Shown: positions 20,176 through 31,243 of the stretch, piece by piece
Layout of the letters: each line of letters opens with the position of its first letter
Numbering within the stretch: position 1 is the stretch's first letter
Assembly (NCBI GenBank): GCA_051117555.1
Contig: JBNPEG010000006.1
Location: 10,996 to 74,995 of the forward strand
Reading direction: 5' to 3'
DNA: 64,000 nt
Source: Elainellaceae cyanobacterium
GTDB lineage: Bacteria; Cyanobacteriota; Cyanobacteriia; CAZCXK01
Translations under genes and position numbers: made by a program
Notes under the pieces: generated by a model
What the model was told of the DNA's origin: nothing
What the model saw: the letters and a program-made list of their open reading frames with translations, nothing else
Database searches by the model: none

Positions 20176-20841
20176 ATGCAGCAATTTTTAGAATTTATGT
20201 TGGGCAGCATAGCTGCCCTATTTCCGGTTGTAGACCCGATCGGCGGCGTGCCCATCTTTTTAATTTTGACGTCCGGCGCATCTAAGCAGTTACGATGGCA
20301 GTTTGCTCGTAAAACTGCCATCTATGTGATTCTTGTTCTCATCTTTTTTGTGCTCGTAGGAGGAGGCTTCTTGCGGTTTTTCCGCATTTCATTAGAAGTC
20401 GTACGAATTGCCGGAGGGATTGTGGTATTTCATGCAGCATGGCAAACCATGAATGCCAAACCCAGACTAACTGCTTCTGAAAATCAAGAAGCTGCCCTGA
20501 AGGTTAATCATCATGAAGATATTTCCTTCCTACCCATGACGATTCCGATGCTGGCAGGTCCGGGATCCATTGCTGTAACATTAGGGCTTTCAGCTCAAGC
20601 TGGGCGAGAATTATCCATTGAAACTGCCCTAAACTTGATGGCTGCCTCCCTTGCGATTATTTTGATTGGAGCCATCATTTACATATCGCTGCGTTCGTCT
20701 ACGCTCTTGCTAAGAATGTTGGGCGAAACAGGCATTCATGCCATAAGCCGACTGTTAGGCCTATTTGTAATGGCAGTAGGAGTGCAACTTATTCTTAATG
20801 GGTTAGCGGATTGGCTCAGCAACTTGAGAGTTTTACAATGA
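20176..20841 (+). CDS. MarC-family (UPF0056) integral membrane protein
   Basis: N-terminus MQQFLEFMLGSIAALFPVVDPIGGVPIFLILTS and six predicted TM helices match the MarC family. Confidence 0.7.
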   Translation: MQQFLEFMLGSIAALFPVVDPIGGVPIFLILTSGASKQLRWQFARKTAIYVILVLIFFVLVGGGFLRFFRISLEVVRIAGGIVVFHAAWQTMNAKPRLTASENQEAALKVNHHEDISFLPMTIPMLAGPGSIAVTLGLSAQAGRELSIETALNLMAASLAIILIGAIIYISLRSSTLLLRMLGETGIHAISRLLGLFVMAVGVQLILNGLADWLSNLRVLQ

Positions 20842-21014
20842 TTTCAGACCTCTTAAGGGTATGGAACTTGAGGTCGTCATAACGTATTTTTGCACTCTGC
20901 CATCGTGTGTCTTTGCAACCGAGCATCAAGTTTTATGCTGGATCACCTGAAAATTCAGACGATGCATCGAGTCAATACGATATTTTTTTCCCAAGCCACA
21001 GTGAATTGTGAAAT

Positions 21015-21061
21015 CACGAAAAAAGCGCAGAGAGCTCGATATCTCGATACCACTCTGCGCT
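21015..21061 (-). terminator. rho-independent terminator of gltS
   Basis: Read on the minus strand just after the gltS stop. Hairpin agcgcagag-(loop with tcgatatctcgata)-ctctgcgct followed by TTTTTTCGTG. Confidence 0.6.
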
Positions 21062-21083
21062 AAATGAGCAAACGTTTAGATTA

Positions 21084-24000
21084 TTACTTAGCCGGAGTCA
21101 ATACGCGTTCTTCAGCCATTTCTGCATTGGCTTCGGGCATGTTTTCTTCTGAAGGGGGCACTACCTGCCAGAATTTTGGTAAGTAGTTAGACCAGTTATC
21201 TAAGATACGTTTCGCTTTTGGACTGCCGGTGCGATTAGCATGAGCCTCAATTAAACCCTTGATTTGCGTTTCTCCCGCAGGTGTTAGCACCCGTTGGATT
21301 TTGACAATTTCAGGATTGACCTTATCGGGGAAGGTATCATCTTCGTCGAGGAAATAGGCTAAACCGCCGGTCATACCAGCACCTACATTGCGCCCTACTT
21401 TACCCAAGACCACAACGACCCCACCTGTCATGTATTCACAACAGTGATCGCCTGACCCTTCGATGACCGCTTGCCCTTTTGAGTTACGCACTGCAAATCG
21501 CTCTCCTGCTTGCCCATTTGCGAAGAGAGTGCCGCCCGTAGCTCCATATAAACACGTGTTCCCAACAATGACATTTTCAGAGGGAAGATATGTCGCAGAT
21601 GGCAGGGGTTTAATGACAATCTCGCCACCATGCATGCCTTTGCCGACGTAGTCGTTTGCTTCTCCTGTGAGGTTGAGGATCATTCCGGGTAAATTGAAGG
21701 CACCGAAACTTTGTCCGACACTGCCTTCAAAATTAAGCACAATCTGCCCCTCAAAGCCTGTATTGCCATATTGCTTGGCGATCGCCCCTGCTAGCCGAGC
21801 TCCAATTGTTCGGTCTGTATTGACGACTACATACGATTTTTCGACCTCACTCTGCTGAGCAATTGCCGATTGAATGTCGGGATCGGTCAGCAACTGGTTA
21901 TCTAAAACAGGACCATTGCTATGAACCGGTTCGTGATCTAACCAAGTGCGATCGTGACGGGTATCCGGCAGATGAAGCAAACAGTCAAGATTAAGAGATG
22001 CCGTCTTTGAAAGCTTGGCGCCGTCTCTAGCCTTAAGCAAATCAGCACGACCAATAATCTCGTTGAGAGAGCGATATCCCAGCCGTGCCAGGAGCGATCG
22101 CACCTCTTCAGCGACAAAATAGAAGAAATTCACGACATGGTCTGGGGTTCCACTAAATCGCTTTCGTAACTTCTCTTGCTGAGTAGTAACCCCAACTGGA
22201 CAGTTATTGGTGTGGCAGATTCGAGCCATGATGCAGCCTTCGGCAATCATTGCAACTGAGCCAAACCCATATTCCTCAGCCCCCATCAAGGCTGCCATTA
22301 AGACATCCCAGCCGGTTTTGAGACCACCATCTGCCCGGAGAATGATGCGATCGCGGAGCTGATTTTCCATGAGGACTCGATGAACCTCGGTAACACCCAG
22401 TTCCCAGGGCACACCCGCATGCTTAATCGAACTCAGCGGTGATGCTCCCGTGCCGCCGTCGTGCCCAGACACCTGAATCACATCGGCATTTGCTTTAGCA
22501 ACGCCTGCTGCGATCGTACCAATTCCAATTTCTGCTACCAGCTTCACCGAAACTTTTGCATCGGGGTTAATCTGGTGGAGATCGAAAATGAGCTGAGCCA
22601 AATCTTCGATGGAGTAAATATCATGGTGAGGCGGCGGCGAGATCAGCGACACTCCAGACTTAGAGCGCCGCAACATGGCAATGTAAGGACTCACTTTGCG
22701 TCCTGGCAGTTGTCCGCCTTCTCCAGGCTTAGCACCTTGAGCAATTTTGATCTCAACTTGCCTTGCGTCCATTAAGTATTCGGGAGTGACTCCAAATCGT
22801 CCTGACGCTACCTGTTTGATGGCAGAGCTGGCGGTATCGCCGTTTCTAAGACCTTTCAGATGCGAAAACAGATTCGAGTGACCCTGTTCATCCACGTCAC
22901 TGAGAACCTTAAATCGCATGGGGTCTTCTCCTCCTTCTCCCGAATTAGACTTACCCCCAATGCGATTCATAGCAACTGCCAATGTCTCATGCGCTTCACG
23001 CGAGAGGGCACCCAATGACATTCCCCCGGTGCAGAACCGCGTGACAATCTCTTCAACGGGCTCAACCTCATCAATGGAAATCGATGGGCGATCGCTCTGA
23101 AAATCGAGTAAGTCTCGTAACGCAGCAGGCAAACGACCTTCTAGATGCTTCTGATAGACCTGGTAATGATCATAGTTTTGGTCAGCAACAGCCTTGTGCA
23201 GCGCTTTTGCCATCTCCGGGCTATTCATGTGATATTCACCGCCCGGTCGATATTGAATAAATCCAAAATTTTCTAGCTTTTTGGTTGAAAGCTCTGGGAA
23301 TGCTCTTTGATGGAAGGCCAAAACCTCTTGAGCAAGCTCGGTAATCGTTAAGCCACCCACACGGGATGTTGTGCCCGAAAATGCAATGTCTAACAGATCC
23401 GACCCAATGCCAATGGCCTCAAAAATTTGAGCCCCGTGATAGCTTGACAACAGAGAGATGCCCATCTTACTCAAGATTTTGAGTAGCCCTGCTTCCGTAG
23501 CGTGGCGATAATTCTCTTGAGCGTCTTCTATCGTCATAGACGGAATTCGCTCTTTTTGCATGAGTGTTTGAGTCTTTGAACTTGACCACCACTGGCGGAC
23601 CGTTTCCCATGCTAGGTATGGACAAACAGCGCTTGCTCCGTATCCAATCAAAGCAGCAAAATGATGCGTACTCCAACATTGAGCTGTGTCAATAACGATG
23701 GATGCTTTCATCCGCAACCCGTGTCGAATGAGATGATGATGAACCGCACCCACGGCAAGCATCGGAGGAATATAGCTATCATCTTCATTCAAGCCCTGCT
23801 CATGCCCTTGGAGCGAGAGGCGATCGCTCAAAATCAAAATCTTCTTGCCTGACCGAACCGCTGCCGCCGCCTTCTCACAAAGAACACCGACACTTTTCTG
23901 TAAGGTGTCTGGGCCTCCGGCAATCTGAAATTGAGTTGACAGCGCTTCAACTTCAAAGCCGGAATTTCGGATTCCTGCCAGCTCACCCTCATTTAACACA

Positions 24001-25760
24001 GGAGTCTCTAGCTTGAGCAGGCGAGAATATTCAGGGCGTTCATCCAGCAGATTACCGCGTTCGCCTAACTGCATCGAAAGAGACATGACCAGGCTTTCTC
24101 GAAGCGGGTCAATCGGGGGATTCGTTACTTGGGCAAATCGCTGTTTGAAATAGTCGTATAGAAGTCTTGGTTTGTCAGAGAGAATCGCGAGTGGAATGTC
24201 ATCTCCCATGCAGAAGGTCGGCTCCTTGCCTTGAGATGCCATCGCTTCGATGATCATGTCCACGTCTTCAGTGGTGTAGCCGAAAGCGGTTTGCTGACGC
24301 AATAAATCGTCAGCAGACATCTGAGTCGAGGAGGTGAAGGCTCGTGGCTCCAGATCAAAGCGGTTATCTCTTAGCCATTGCCCATAGGGCTGAGAGCTGG
24401 CAACTCGTTGCTTGATGTCCCAGTTTTTAAGAACCTCATGGGTTTCTAAATCAACGGCGATCGCCTGTCCAGGCCCCAACCGCCCCTTTTCTACGATGTC
24501 TTCTTCAGCCAACCCAATCACACCGGCCTCGGACGAAACAACCACATAGCCGTCCCGAGTCAATGCATATCGAGCTGGGCGCAGACCATTGCGATCCAGA
24601 AGTGCTCCCACTTTTCTGCCGTCGCTAAACACCAGAAGCGCCGGACCATCCCATGGTTCCTGAATCCCGCTGTAATATTCATAAAAATCAACAATCTCAG
24701 GATGGTCAACCAAATCGGGTTGATTTTGGTATGCCTCCGGCACCATCATGGTCAAAACATCGAGAGGGCTTCGTCCTGATTGCACCAATAGCTCAGCTAC
24801 ATTGTCTAACGTTGCCGAGTCGCTGTTTTCAGGATTGACGATTGGCTTTAATATCTCTAGGCGATCGCCCCAGACTGGATGATTCAGGTCTGCTTCTCGC
24901 GCCATCATCCAGTTAATATTTCCTAGCAGAGTGTTAATCTCTCCATTATGACCCAATAAGCGCATCGGTTGCGCGAGAGGCCAGCGTGGCATTGTATTGG
25001 TGCTAAAGCGGCGATGATAGACCGCAAAGGGGCTCTCATAGAGGGGATTGGTCAAATCGGGATAAAACTCACCTAATACCGATGACCGCGCCATTCCCTT
25101 GTAAATAATCGTGCGAGACGAGAATGAACAAATATAGAGATCTTCTAGTCCCTCAGCAACTTCATGCGACAAATCCGACGACAGTGTAGCCGCAACCGAA
25201 TGACCAATTTGGCGACGCAACAAATATAATTCTCGCTCTAGCTCTTCACCCTCAAACGCTGATTGCACAAACAACTGCTCAATTTGAGGTTGATGTTCTA
25301 GTGCTTGAACGCCCAATACATCTGGCTTCACCGGGACAGACCGCCATCCAAGCATCTTGAAGCTCGATTCTCTGATAACCCCTTCGATAATCTGCCGTGA
25401 TAGAGACGCAGCCGATTCATGTTGAGGTAAGAAAACCATGCCGACGCCCATCTTCGCAGGCGATGGAGAGTGTATTTCCTGGTCGTTCAGCCATTCTTGC
25501 AACAAAGCCCAAGGAATCGCCGTCATTAGACCTGCACCATCTCCAGAATCCTGGTCGGCGCTACACGCTCCTCTATGCTCCAGACACGTCAATGCAGAAA
25601 GAGCTTGAGTAACCAGGGTGTGACTAGCACGACCATACTGATCGGCTAAAAAGCCAACCCCACAGGCATCGCGTTCTTCAACTAGCCATCGTTGCCCTGC
25701 AAATCCTGCATTCAATCCCCGATTCTTAAACTTTTCCTGATTCACGTTCATATTGCCCAT
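21084..25760 (-). CDS. gltS: ferredoxin-dependent glutamate synthase (Fd-GOGAT)
   Basis: 1558 aa. N-terminal Ntn amidotransferase Cys ([19 protein letters not shown]). FMN/Fe-S central domain and C-terminal GXGXG beta-helix domain (GQSFGAF...[11 protein letters not shown]). Confidence 0.95.
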   Translation of the reverse strand: MGNMNVNQEKFKNRGLNAGFAGQRWLVEERDACGVGFLADQYGRASHTLVTQALSALTCLEHRGACSADQDSGDGAGLMTAIPWALLQEWLNDQEIHSPSPAKMGVGMVFLPQHESAASLSRQIIEGVIRESSFKMLGWRSVPVKPDVLGVQALEHQPQIEQLFVQSAFEGEELERELYLLRRQIGHSVAATLSSDLSHEVAEGLEDLYICSFSSRTIIYKGMARSSVLGEFYPDLTNPLYESPFAVYHRRFSTNTMPRWPLAQPMRLLGHNGEINTLLGNINWMMAREADLNHPVWGDRLEILKPIVNPENSDSATLDNVAELLVQSGRSPLDVLTMMVPEAYQNQPDLVDHPEIVDFYEYYSGIQEPWDGPALLVFSDGRKVGALLDRNGLRPARYALTRDGYVVVSSEAGVIGLAEEDIVEKGRLGPGQAIAVDLETHEVLKNWDIKQRVASSQPYGQWLRDNRFDLEPRAFTSSTQMSADDLLRQQTAFGYTTEDVDMIIEAMASQGKEPTFCMGDDIPLAILSDKPRLLYDYFKQRFAQVTNPPIDPLRESLVMSLSMQLGERGNLLDERPEYSRLLKLETPVLNEGELAGIRNSGFEVEALSTQFQIAGGPDTLQKSVGVLCEKAAAAVRSGKKILILSDRLSLQGHEQGLNEDDSYIPPMLAVGAVHHHLIRHGLRMKASIVIDTAQCWSTHHFAALIGYGASAVCPYLAWETVRQWWSSSKTQTLMQKERIPSMTIEDAQENYRHATEAGLLKILSKMGISLLSSYHGAQIFEAIGIGSDLLDIAFSGTTSRVGGLTITELAQEVLAFHQRAFPELSTKKLENFGFIQYRPGGEYHMNSPEMAKALHKAVADQNYDHYQVYQKHLEGRLPAALRDLLDFQSDRPSISIDEVEPVEEIVTRFCTGGMSLGALSREAHETLAVAMNRIGGKSNSGEGGEDPMRFKVLSDVDEQGHSNLFSHLKGLRNGDTASSAIKQVASGRFGVTPEYLMDARQVEIKIAQGAKPGEGGQLPGRKVSPYIAMLRRSKSGVSLISPPPHHDIYSIEDLAQLIFDLHQINPDAKVSVKLVAEIGIGTIAAGVAKANADVIQVSGHDGGTGASPLSSIKHAGVPWELGVTEVHRVLMENQLRDRIILRADGGLKTGWDVLMAALMGAEEYGFGSVAMIAEGCIMARICHTNNCPVGVTTQQEKLRKRFSGTPDHVVNFFYFVAEEVRSLLARLGYRSLNEIIGRADLLKARDGAKLSKTASLNLDCLLHLPDTRHDRTWLDHEPVHSNGPVLDNQLLTDPDIQSAIAQQSEVEKSYVVVNTDRTIGARLAGAIAKQYGNTGFEGQIVLNFEGSVGQSFGAFNLPGMILNLTGEANDYVGKGMHGGEIVIKPLPSATYLPSENVIVGNTCLYGATGGTLFANGQAGERFAVRNSKGQAVIEGSGDHCCEYMTGGVVVVLGKVGRNVGAGMTGGLAYFLDEDDTFPDKVNPEIVKIQRVLTPAGETQIKGLIEAHANRTGSPKAKRILDNWSNYLPKFWQVVPPSEENMPEANAEMAEERVLTPAK

Positions 25761-26599
25761 AAGACTATCTAGAATCGCCTATAACGCTGAAACTACTCCG
25801 ACAGTGATCTGATGATTGGTTTTGGTTAAAGAAGACATCGAACAAAAGCGCTATGCTCGTCAAAAAACTTAGGATTTTAAATCCTGCTCAAATCTGAGGC
25901 TCTAAAGGCTAGATTAAGCAGAAAATCTATACCGTTGAATTTCCCTTATAAGAGAGACTATTACACAGCGCCCTCAGGGACAATAGTAATCCTCTGATAA
26001 GCGCCTACTTCAGGTATCAAGGCTGTAATGTCAGCCCCTTTAAGGTTGAATGCCTCTTGCTGAGCACCTATGATCCAACGTCGCAGCCTATTTCTAAACC
26101 CGAGCCGCCTAATGATAAGCAAAAATGTCGCTTGAAAGTAAGCTACCGTTAAGGACCGACCCCAATCGACAAACTCACAATACGAGTGTAGAAATCTTAT
26201 AGAAAGTATTGTGATCTGACAATCCCTGAACCTTAATCAAGAAACTAGCCTCTCTGGACTGATGTTCTTGTTAGCTGGAATTCTTAACACTTAGACATTG
26301 ATATTAAACCAGCCTAAGCCCCTTCGTTACTCATTATGCTCTCTGAGTTAACAGCGAGATGTTGGCTCACTTTCTTCATTATGAAGTTAAACACTCGAAT
26401 TGATGGGTGACTTAACAAGAAAAATGGCCCCTCAGGTCATTGTTTCTTGATAATCTCCCGAACGTTGCAACAATCACGACTAAAACTGACTGTGTAGATC
26501 AATCACCCCCAAACTCCGCTAAAAAATCTTACCCGTCCGGACTCGTATTGACCATACTAGTAATACTCTTGGAGTTTCTCAATTGACTGGCTCAATTAA

Positions 26600-28534
26600 T
26601 TGGCTCAATTAACTGGGAGAATTAGGTTAGCTGTGGCTCAAATTCGAAAACAACGGTACTCTTCCAAGCGATTTCAATCGCAAAACCGCCCCAGAGGTCA
26701 AATTAGACGGGTTAAGCGATTCAGGTCAATTATTGCAGTTATCATCCTGTTGACCTCTACTCTATATCTAATTTCGAGCCGAGGAGATGCCGAATCGCTT
26801 GACCGCAAGATTTCTCCCATATTGAGTAGCGCATCCTGGATGTCTAATGGAGGGCATGCATCCTCCTTGATGCCGTTTACTCGCCAGGGTAATCAACTTT
26901 TTCTTAATGGTCGTGCATTACCTGCAACGTGGAGTCAGCGATCGCAACGCATTGGCATTTCAGATGCAAGCCTGATAGGTGTCTTGGGGGTCGAATGCCT
27001 GAATACAGCAGATTCTTCTAAACAGCCGATTCAATGGTTTTCTCAGTCAGATCGCGATGTACCCGTTCTCTCAACCTGGATGGATCAGCAATATCGCTAT
27101 CTAGATATCACGCCATTGGCTCAACAAAACGGTTGGACTGTTGACCCCACTGGCAATGTCCTTCAGATTACGACTCCTCCGTCGAGAGTGTTGGGGATTA
27201 GGCAAGGTCAGCAAGATTGGGGCGATCGCATTGTGGTTGAATTAGACCGTCCCACTCCCTGGCAAATCACCGAGCAAAATGAACAGGCAATCATTACGAT
27301 TGACGCATCGGTTGATCCATCGCTTTTGCGCAGTCTTGAGTCAAGAGCAGGGAGATTACTAAAGTCGATATCCGTTGAATCGAGAGGGAATCAAACTCTA
27401 GTTCAGCTTGATATCCCACCCAATTTGAGATCTCACGTTTGGACGCTGGCAAACCCCAATCGACTGGTCATGGATATTCGATCTGATCGCATCCCTGAGC
27501 GTGATATTCTTTGGTCGCCAGGAATCAGATGGAAGCAGCAAATGGTAAATGCTGGATCAAATTCACAGTATCCAGTGGTCTGGCTAGAAGTCGATCCCCG
27601 TCAGCCAGAACTCCTACTCAAACCGATTTGGAGTAATCCTTCCGCTGCAATAGGTATTGCGCCTCTTCTGACAACGGCTCAACGCTGGCAGGCGGTCGCT
27701 GCCGTTAATGGGGGGTTCTTCAACCGCAATAATCAGCTTCCCCTAGGAGCGATTCGTCAAGATAACCGATGGATTTCGGGCCCCATCTTAAATCGAGGGG
27801 CGATCGCCTGGGATGATGCGGGCAATATTGCTATAGGTCGGCTCAGTATTCAAGAAACGATTCAAACGTCTACCGGAGAGCAATTTCCCGTTCTCCATCT
27901 CAATAGCGGCTATGTGCAAGCAGGCATCGCTCGTTACACATCCGATTGGGGATCTACTTATACAACGCTGACTGATCACGAGATAGTCGTCACCGTCGAA
28001 AGTGAACGGGTTATTCGCCAGCAAGTCGGCTCTGTTGGAGGGCAGTTGACCGTTCCAATTCCGAGTAATGGATACCTATTAGCACTGCGATCTTACAGAA
28101 CAGCAGCAAACGCTATTCCTATCGGAACGTCGCTTCAGCGAGAGACTTACGTTCTTCCATCAGACTTCGAGCGCTATCCGCATGTTGTTGGGGCAGGGCC
28201 GCTGCTCATTAAAAATCGTCAAATTGTTCTTAATCCACGCTCTGAACAGTTTTCTGAAGCGTTTATTCGTCAAAGAGCCCCTCGAAGCGCCATTGGCATC
28301 ACGGATCGAAATACCTTGATTGTTGCAGCCGCTTATAATAGTCCGCACGGAACGGGACCTAGTTTGTCTGAAATGGCCCAAATTATGCAACGTCTCAGTG
28401 TTGTGGATGCACTCAATCTAGATGGAGGAAGTTCGACGACCCTTTATCTAGGAGGGCAAATTCTTAACCGTTCTCCGCAAACGGCAGCCCGCGTACACAA
28501 CGGAATCGGCATTTTCATGCAGCCAAGCTTTTAG
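26600..28534 (+). CDS. membrane-anchored phosphodiester glycosidase family protein (NAGPA-like domain)
   Basis: N-terminal TM anchor. Central AVNGGFFN and C-terminal LNLDGGSSTTLY motifs typical of the phosphodiester glycosidase (DUF2233/NAGPA) domain. Confidence 0.6.
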   Translation: MAQLTGRIRLAVAQIRKQRYSSKRFQSQNRPRGQIRRVKRFRSIIAVIILLTSTLYLISSRGDAESLDRKISPILSSASWMSNGGHASSLMPFTRQGNQLFLNGRALPATWSQRSQRIGISDASLIGVLGVECLNTADSSKQPIQWFSQSDRDVPVLSTWMDQQYRYLDITPLAQQNGWTVDPTGNVLQITTPPSRVLGIRQGQQDWGDRIVVELDRPTPWQITEQNEQAIITIDASVDPSLLRSLESRAGRLLKSISVESRGNQTLVQLDIPPNLRSHVWTLANPNRLVMDIRSDRIPERDILWSPGIRWKQQMVNAGSNSQYPVVWLEVDPRQPELLLKPIWSNPSAAIGIAPLLTTAQRWQAVAAVNGGFFNRNNQLPLGAIRQDNRWISGPILNRGAIAWDDAGNIAIGRLSIQETIQTSTGEQFPVLHLNSGYVQAGIARYTSDWGSTYTTLTDHEIVVTVESERVIRQQVGSVGGQLTVPIPSNGYLLALRSYRTAANAIPIGTSLQRETYVLPSDFERYPHVVGAGPLLIKNRQIVLNPRSEQFSEAFIRQRAPRSAIGITDRNTLIVAAAYNSPHGTGPSLSEMAQIMQRLSVVDALNLDGGSSTTLYLGGQILNRSPQTAARVHNGIGIFMQPSF

Positions 28535-28826
28535 AAACCATTAATTTCGAGAAGTCACGTACGCACTATTTCTCTATATAATCATGCGCGAGTGTAAACC
28601 GATTCACCATGTGCCTTGAAGCTTCCATAAAGCCCTGTTGGATTGAGTAAAGAATCAGCACAGATTCAATGAATCCCGAAGGATACGGGTGACATTCTCT
28701 AGGGGGAATCTGTTATGTTTGGCTTCAGTAATGAAACAATCATGCATCATTCCATTGCTTTAGTTACTTAATCCTAATCGCTCTCTTACGCTGCTTATAT
28801 GCAAGTCATCTTGAGCAAATTCCCCG

Positions 28827-29342
28827 ATGCTCTTGGAACTTAATTCGCAGGGTTCAATTCGTAAAGTTCTATCTCTACTTACCAAGTATTCGATTTATAG
28901 TTTTATCCAAGGAGAGAGTATTGTGGTTCAAACCAAAGAAGTTACACAATCGCCTGCATTGCCATTATCCGCTGGTGCTCCGAAAGGGGTTGCGGCTACA
29001 GAACTCCGCCCTTGGGGATCTTTTACAGTCCTTGAAGAAGGGCGCGGCTATAAAATAAAGCGTATTGAGGTCAAGCCAGGTCATCGCCTAAGCTTGCAAA
29101 TGCATCATCATCGTAGTGAGCACTGGATCGTTGTTTCCGGAACAGCGAAGGTTAACTGCGACGAGAAAGAAACCTTATTATTCAGTAATCAATCCACCTA
29201 CGTGCCCCCCTGTACTAGTCATCGACTGGAAAATCCTGGCGTGATCCCGCTCATTTTGATTGAAGTGCAAAATGGTGAATATCTTGGAGAAGATGACATT
29301 GTCCGATTCCAAGATGACTATGCTCGTGCGAATGGTAAATGA
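28827..29342 (+). CDS. cupin-domain protein, mannose-6-phosphate isomerase type II C-terminal-like
   Basis: RPWGSFTVLEEGRGYKIKRIEVKPGHRLSLQMHHHRSEHWIVVSGTAKV matches the cupin_2 core of ManC/PMI type II. Likely true start is GTG 28923, preceded by aaggagag at -7. Confidence 0.6.
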   Translation: MLLELNSQGSIRKVLSLLTKYSIYSFIQGESIVVQTKEVTQSPALPLSAGAPKGVAATELRPWGSFTVLEEGRGYKIKRIEVKPGHRLSLQMHHHRSEHWIVVSGTAKVNCDEKETLLFSNQSTYVPPCTSHRLENPGVIPLILIEVQNGEYLGEDDIVRFQDDYARANGK

Positions 29343-29404
29343 GGCTATCAAGCGGTCAATAGATTCAATAATAAGCAGATAAGTCAGGTTTATATTTTTT
29401 GCAG

Positions 29405-29436
29405 AAAGGAGTCTTTGGTGACTCCTTTTTTATTTT
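29405..29436 (+). terminator. rho-independent terminator after the cupin gene
   Basis: aaggagtc-tttggtg-gactcctt followed by TTTTTTATTTTT. Confidence 0.6.
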
Positions 29437-29657
29437 TCCGTTTGGTAGCGTACGTTCTCGCAATAGGACGTCAAACATGTGTAAAACTCCCAAGCGGCAG
29501 AGAGCTTAGTACCCCCATCTAAATCCATGAAGCGATATCGCTTTATCTATCTTTGTAAGATTTACCAGATCCCCAGCAGAATATGTTGTAGTTCGCAGTT
29601 GAGAACTTATACGATTGAGTCATGTCGTTAGCTACGTTATGTCTAGGCCAGTGAATA

Positions 29658-29990
29658 ATGATTCAGTTAAGTAAAGCCGCGATCGCCGAGGTCACGCGGC
29701 TAAAGCAAAAAACCGCAAATTCTAGTGCTCGATTTCGCTTATCAGTCCAGCCCGGAGGATGTGCCGATTTCCATTACGTACTCAAATTTTCCGATGAAGT
29801 CTTGGCGGGCGATCGCGAAATTAACTGTGAATCGATCCAAATCATAGTCGATACAGAAAGTTGGGATTACCTAAGGGGACTGACCCTAGACTATTCCGAG
29901 GATCTAATGGGCGGAGGATTTCGATTTTACAATCCCAATGCAAATCAGACCTGTGGATGTGGAAATTCTTTCTCTATAAACTTAATATAA
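29658..29990 (+). CDS. iscA: HesB/IscA-family A-type iron-sulfur cluster carrier
   Basis: 110 aa. Conserved Cys in the N-terminal half and C-terminal CGCGNSF motif. Confidence 0.85.
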   Translation: MIQLSKAAIAEVTRLKQKTANSSARFRLSVQPGGCADFHYVLKFSDEVLAGDREINCESIQIIVDTESWDYLRGLTLDYSEDLMGGGFRFYNPNANQTCGCGNSFSINLI

Positions 29991-30119
29991 GCTCAAGCCA
30001 TTAGCGATTCATCATAACTATGACTCCTCGATTGACAGTGGTTTTGTTTTACCGCTAAAATAATAGACTGTTGCAAATTTGGATCTGTATTTTAAGAGAG
30101 GCAAAATAAAGCCAGTCCC

Positions 30120-30494
30120 ATGCCCACAATTCAACAGTTGATTAGTAGCGAACGTCGCAAAACCAAGCAAAAGACTAAGTCTCCTGCATTAAAGAGTTGC
30201 CCTCAACGTCGAGGAGTATGTACGCGGGTCTATACTACAACTCCAAAGAAGCCGAATTCGGCCTTGCGCAAGGTGGCAAGGGTCAGATTAACGTCTGGCT
30301 TCGAGGTGACGGCCTATATTCCAGGAATCGGGCATAATTTGCAAGAGCACTCAGTTGTAATGATTCGAGGAGGTCGCGTTAAAGACTTGCCTGGAGTCCG
30401 TTACCACATTATTCGTGGAACGTTAGATACAGCGGGTGTTAAAGACCGTCGGCAGAGCCGTTCCAAATACGGAGCCAAGCGCCCTAAAGGATAG
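30120..30494 (+). CDS. rpsL: 30S ribosomal protein S12
   Basis: [14 protein letters not shown]...[59 protein letters not shown] is canonical S12. Confidence 0.97.
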   Translation: MPTIQQLISSERRKTKQKTKSPALKSCPQRRGVCTRVYTTTPKKPNSALRKVARVRLTSGFEVTAYIPGIGHNLQEHSVVMIRGGRVKDLPGVRYHIIRGTLDTAGVKDRRQSRSKYGAKRPKG

Positions 30495-30555
30495 ACGGTC
30501 TAAAGACGCTCTTTCTCATTTAGGTATAGGTCAAGCAGAGCTTACCTGCATTTAG

Positions 30556-30572
30556 GCATAGTTTTGCTATGC
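30556..30572 (+). promoter_or_regulatory. intercistronic stem-loop between rpsL and rpsG (candidate S7 feedback / processing site)
   Basis: Perfect hairpin gcatag-ttttg-ctatgc inside the 177-bp rpsL-rpsG spacer. Flanked by direct repeats catttaggtatag / catttaggcatag. Confidence 0.3.
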
Positions 30573-30671
30573 AGAGCGAGTATTTTTGACTCGTTTCAGT
30601 TACTTTAGAGATATCTGCGCTCTAGAACTTTATTTATAGATCTTTCGGAAAATTTTAGGAATTTTGAAGGT

Positions 30672-31142
30672 ATGTCTCGCCGTACATCTGCTCAAAAGCG
30701 TGCCACTCAATCAGATCCGGTATACAATAGCCGCCTCGTTAGTATGATGGTTTGTCGTATTATGAGGTCCGGGAAAAAGTCCCTCTCTTATCGGATCATT
30801 TACGATGCTTTCAAAGTGATAGAAGAGCGAACCAATTCAGATCCTTTGGAAGTTTTTGAGCAGGCTGTTAGAAATGCTACTCCCCTCGTTGAAGTCAAGG
30901 CGCGTCGAGTCGGAGGAGCAACATACCAAGTTCCAATGGAAGTTCGCTCAGAGCGTGGTATTGCGCTAGCATTGCGCTGGTTAATCCAGTTCTCTCGACA
31001 GCGTTCTGGACGTTCGATGGCCATGAAGTTAGCTAATGAGCTAATGGATGCCGCGAACGAAACAGGCAGCGCTATTCGAAAGAGAGAAGAAACTCATCGT
31101 ATGGCGGAAGCGAATAAAGCATTTGCCCATTATCGATATTGA
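30672..31142 (+). CDS. rpsG: 30S ribosomal protein S7
   Basis: Canonical S7 sequence ([10 protein letters not shown]...; 156 aa). Second gene of the str operon. Confidence 0.97.
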   Translation: MSRRTSAQKRATQSDPVYNSRLVSMMVCRIMRSGKKSLSYRIIYDAFKVIEERTNSDPLEVFEQAVRNATPLVEVKARRVGGATYQVPMEVRSERGIALALRWLIQFSRQRSGRSMAMKLANELMDAANETGSAIRKREETHRMAEANKAFAHYRY

Positions 31143-31243
31143 CGCTTGGAAAGGCTGCCTTGTTGAGATGCGAGAGTATAGAATCTTAACAGATGCGGTA
31201 AACGAGGATGGCGCCAGAGGTTAAGGAGGTAGCTGTGGCACGT

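Noticed and set aside
21428-25612. Numerous 60-100-aa ORFs on both strands inside gltS, gyrA, fusA, tuf and other large genes
   Set aside because: They are antisense or out-of-frame shadows of strongly supported conserved genes, with no independent signals.
25761-26599. NtcA binding site or glutamine riboswitch upstream of gltS
   Set aside because: GTA-N8-TAC candidates lacked the TAC half. No glnA-motif E-loop or pseudoknot sequence was evident.
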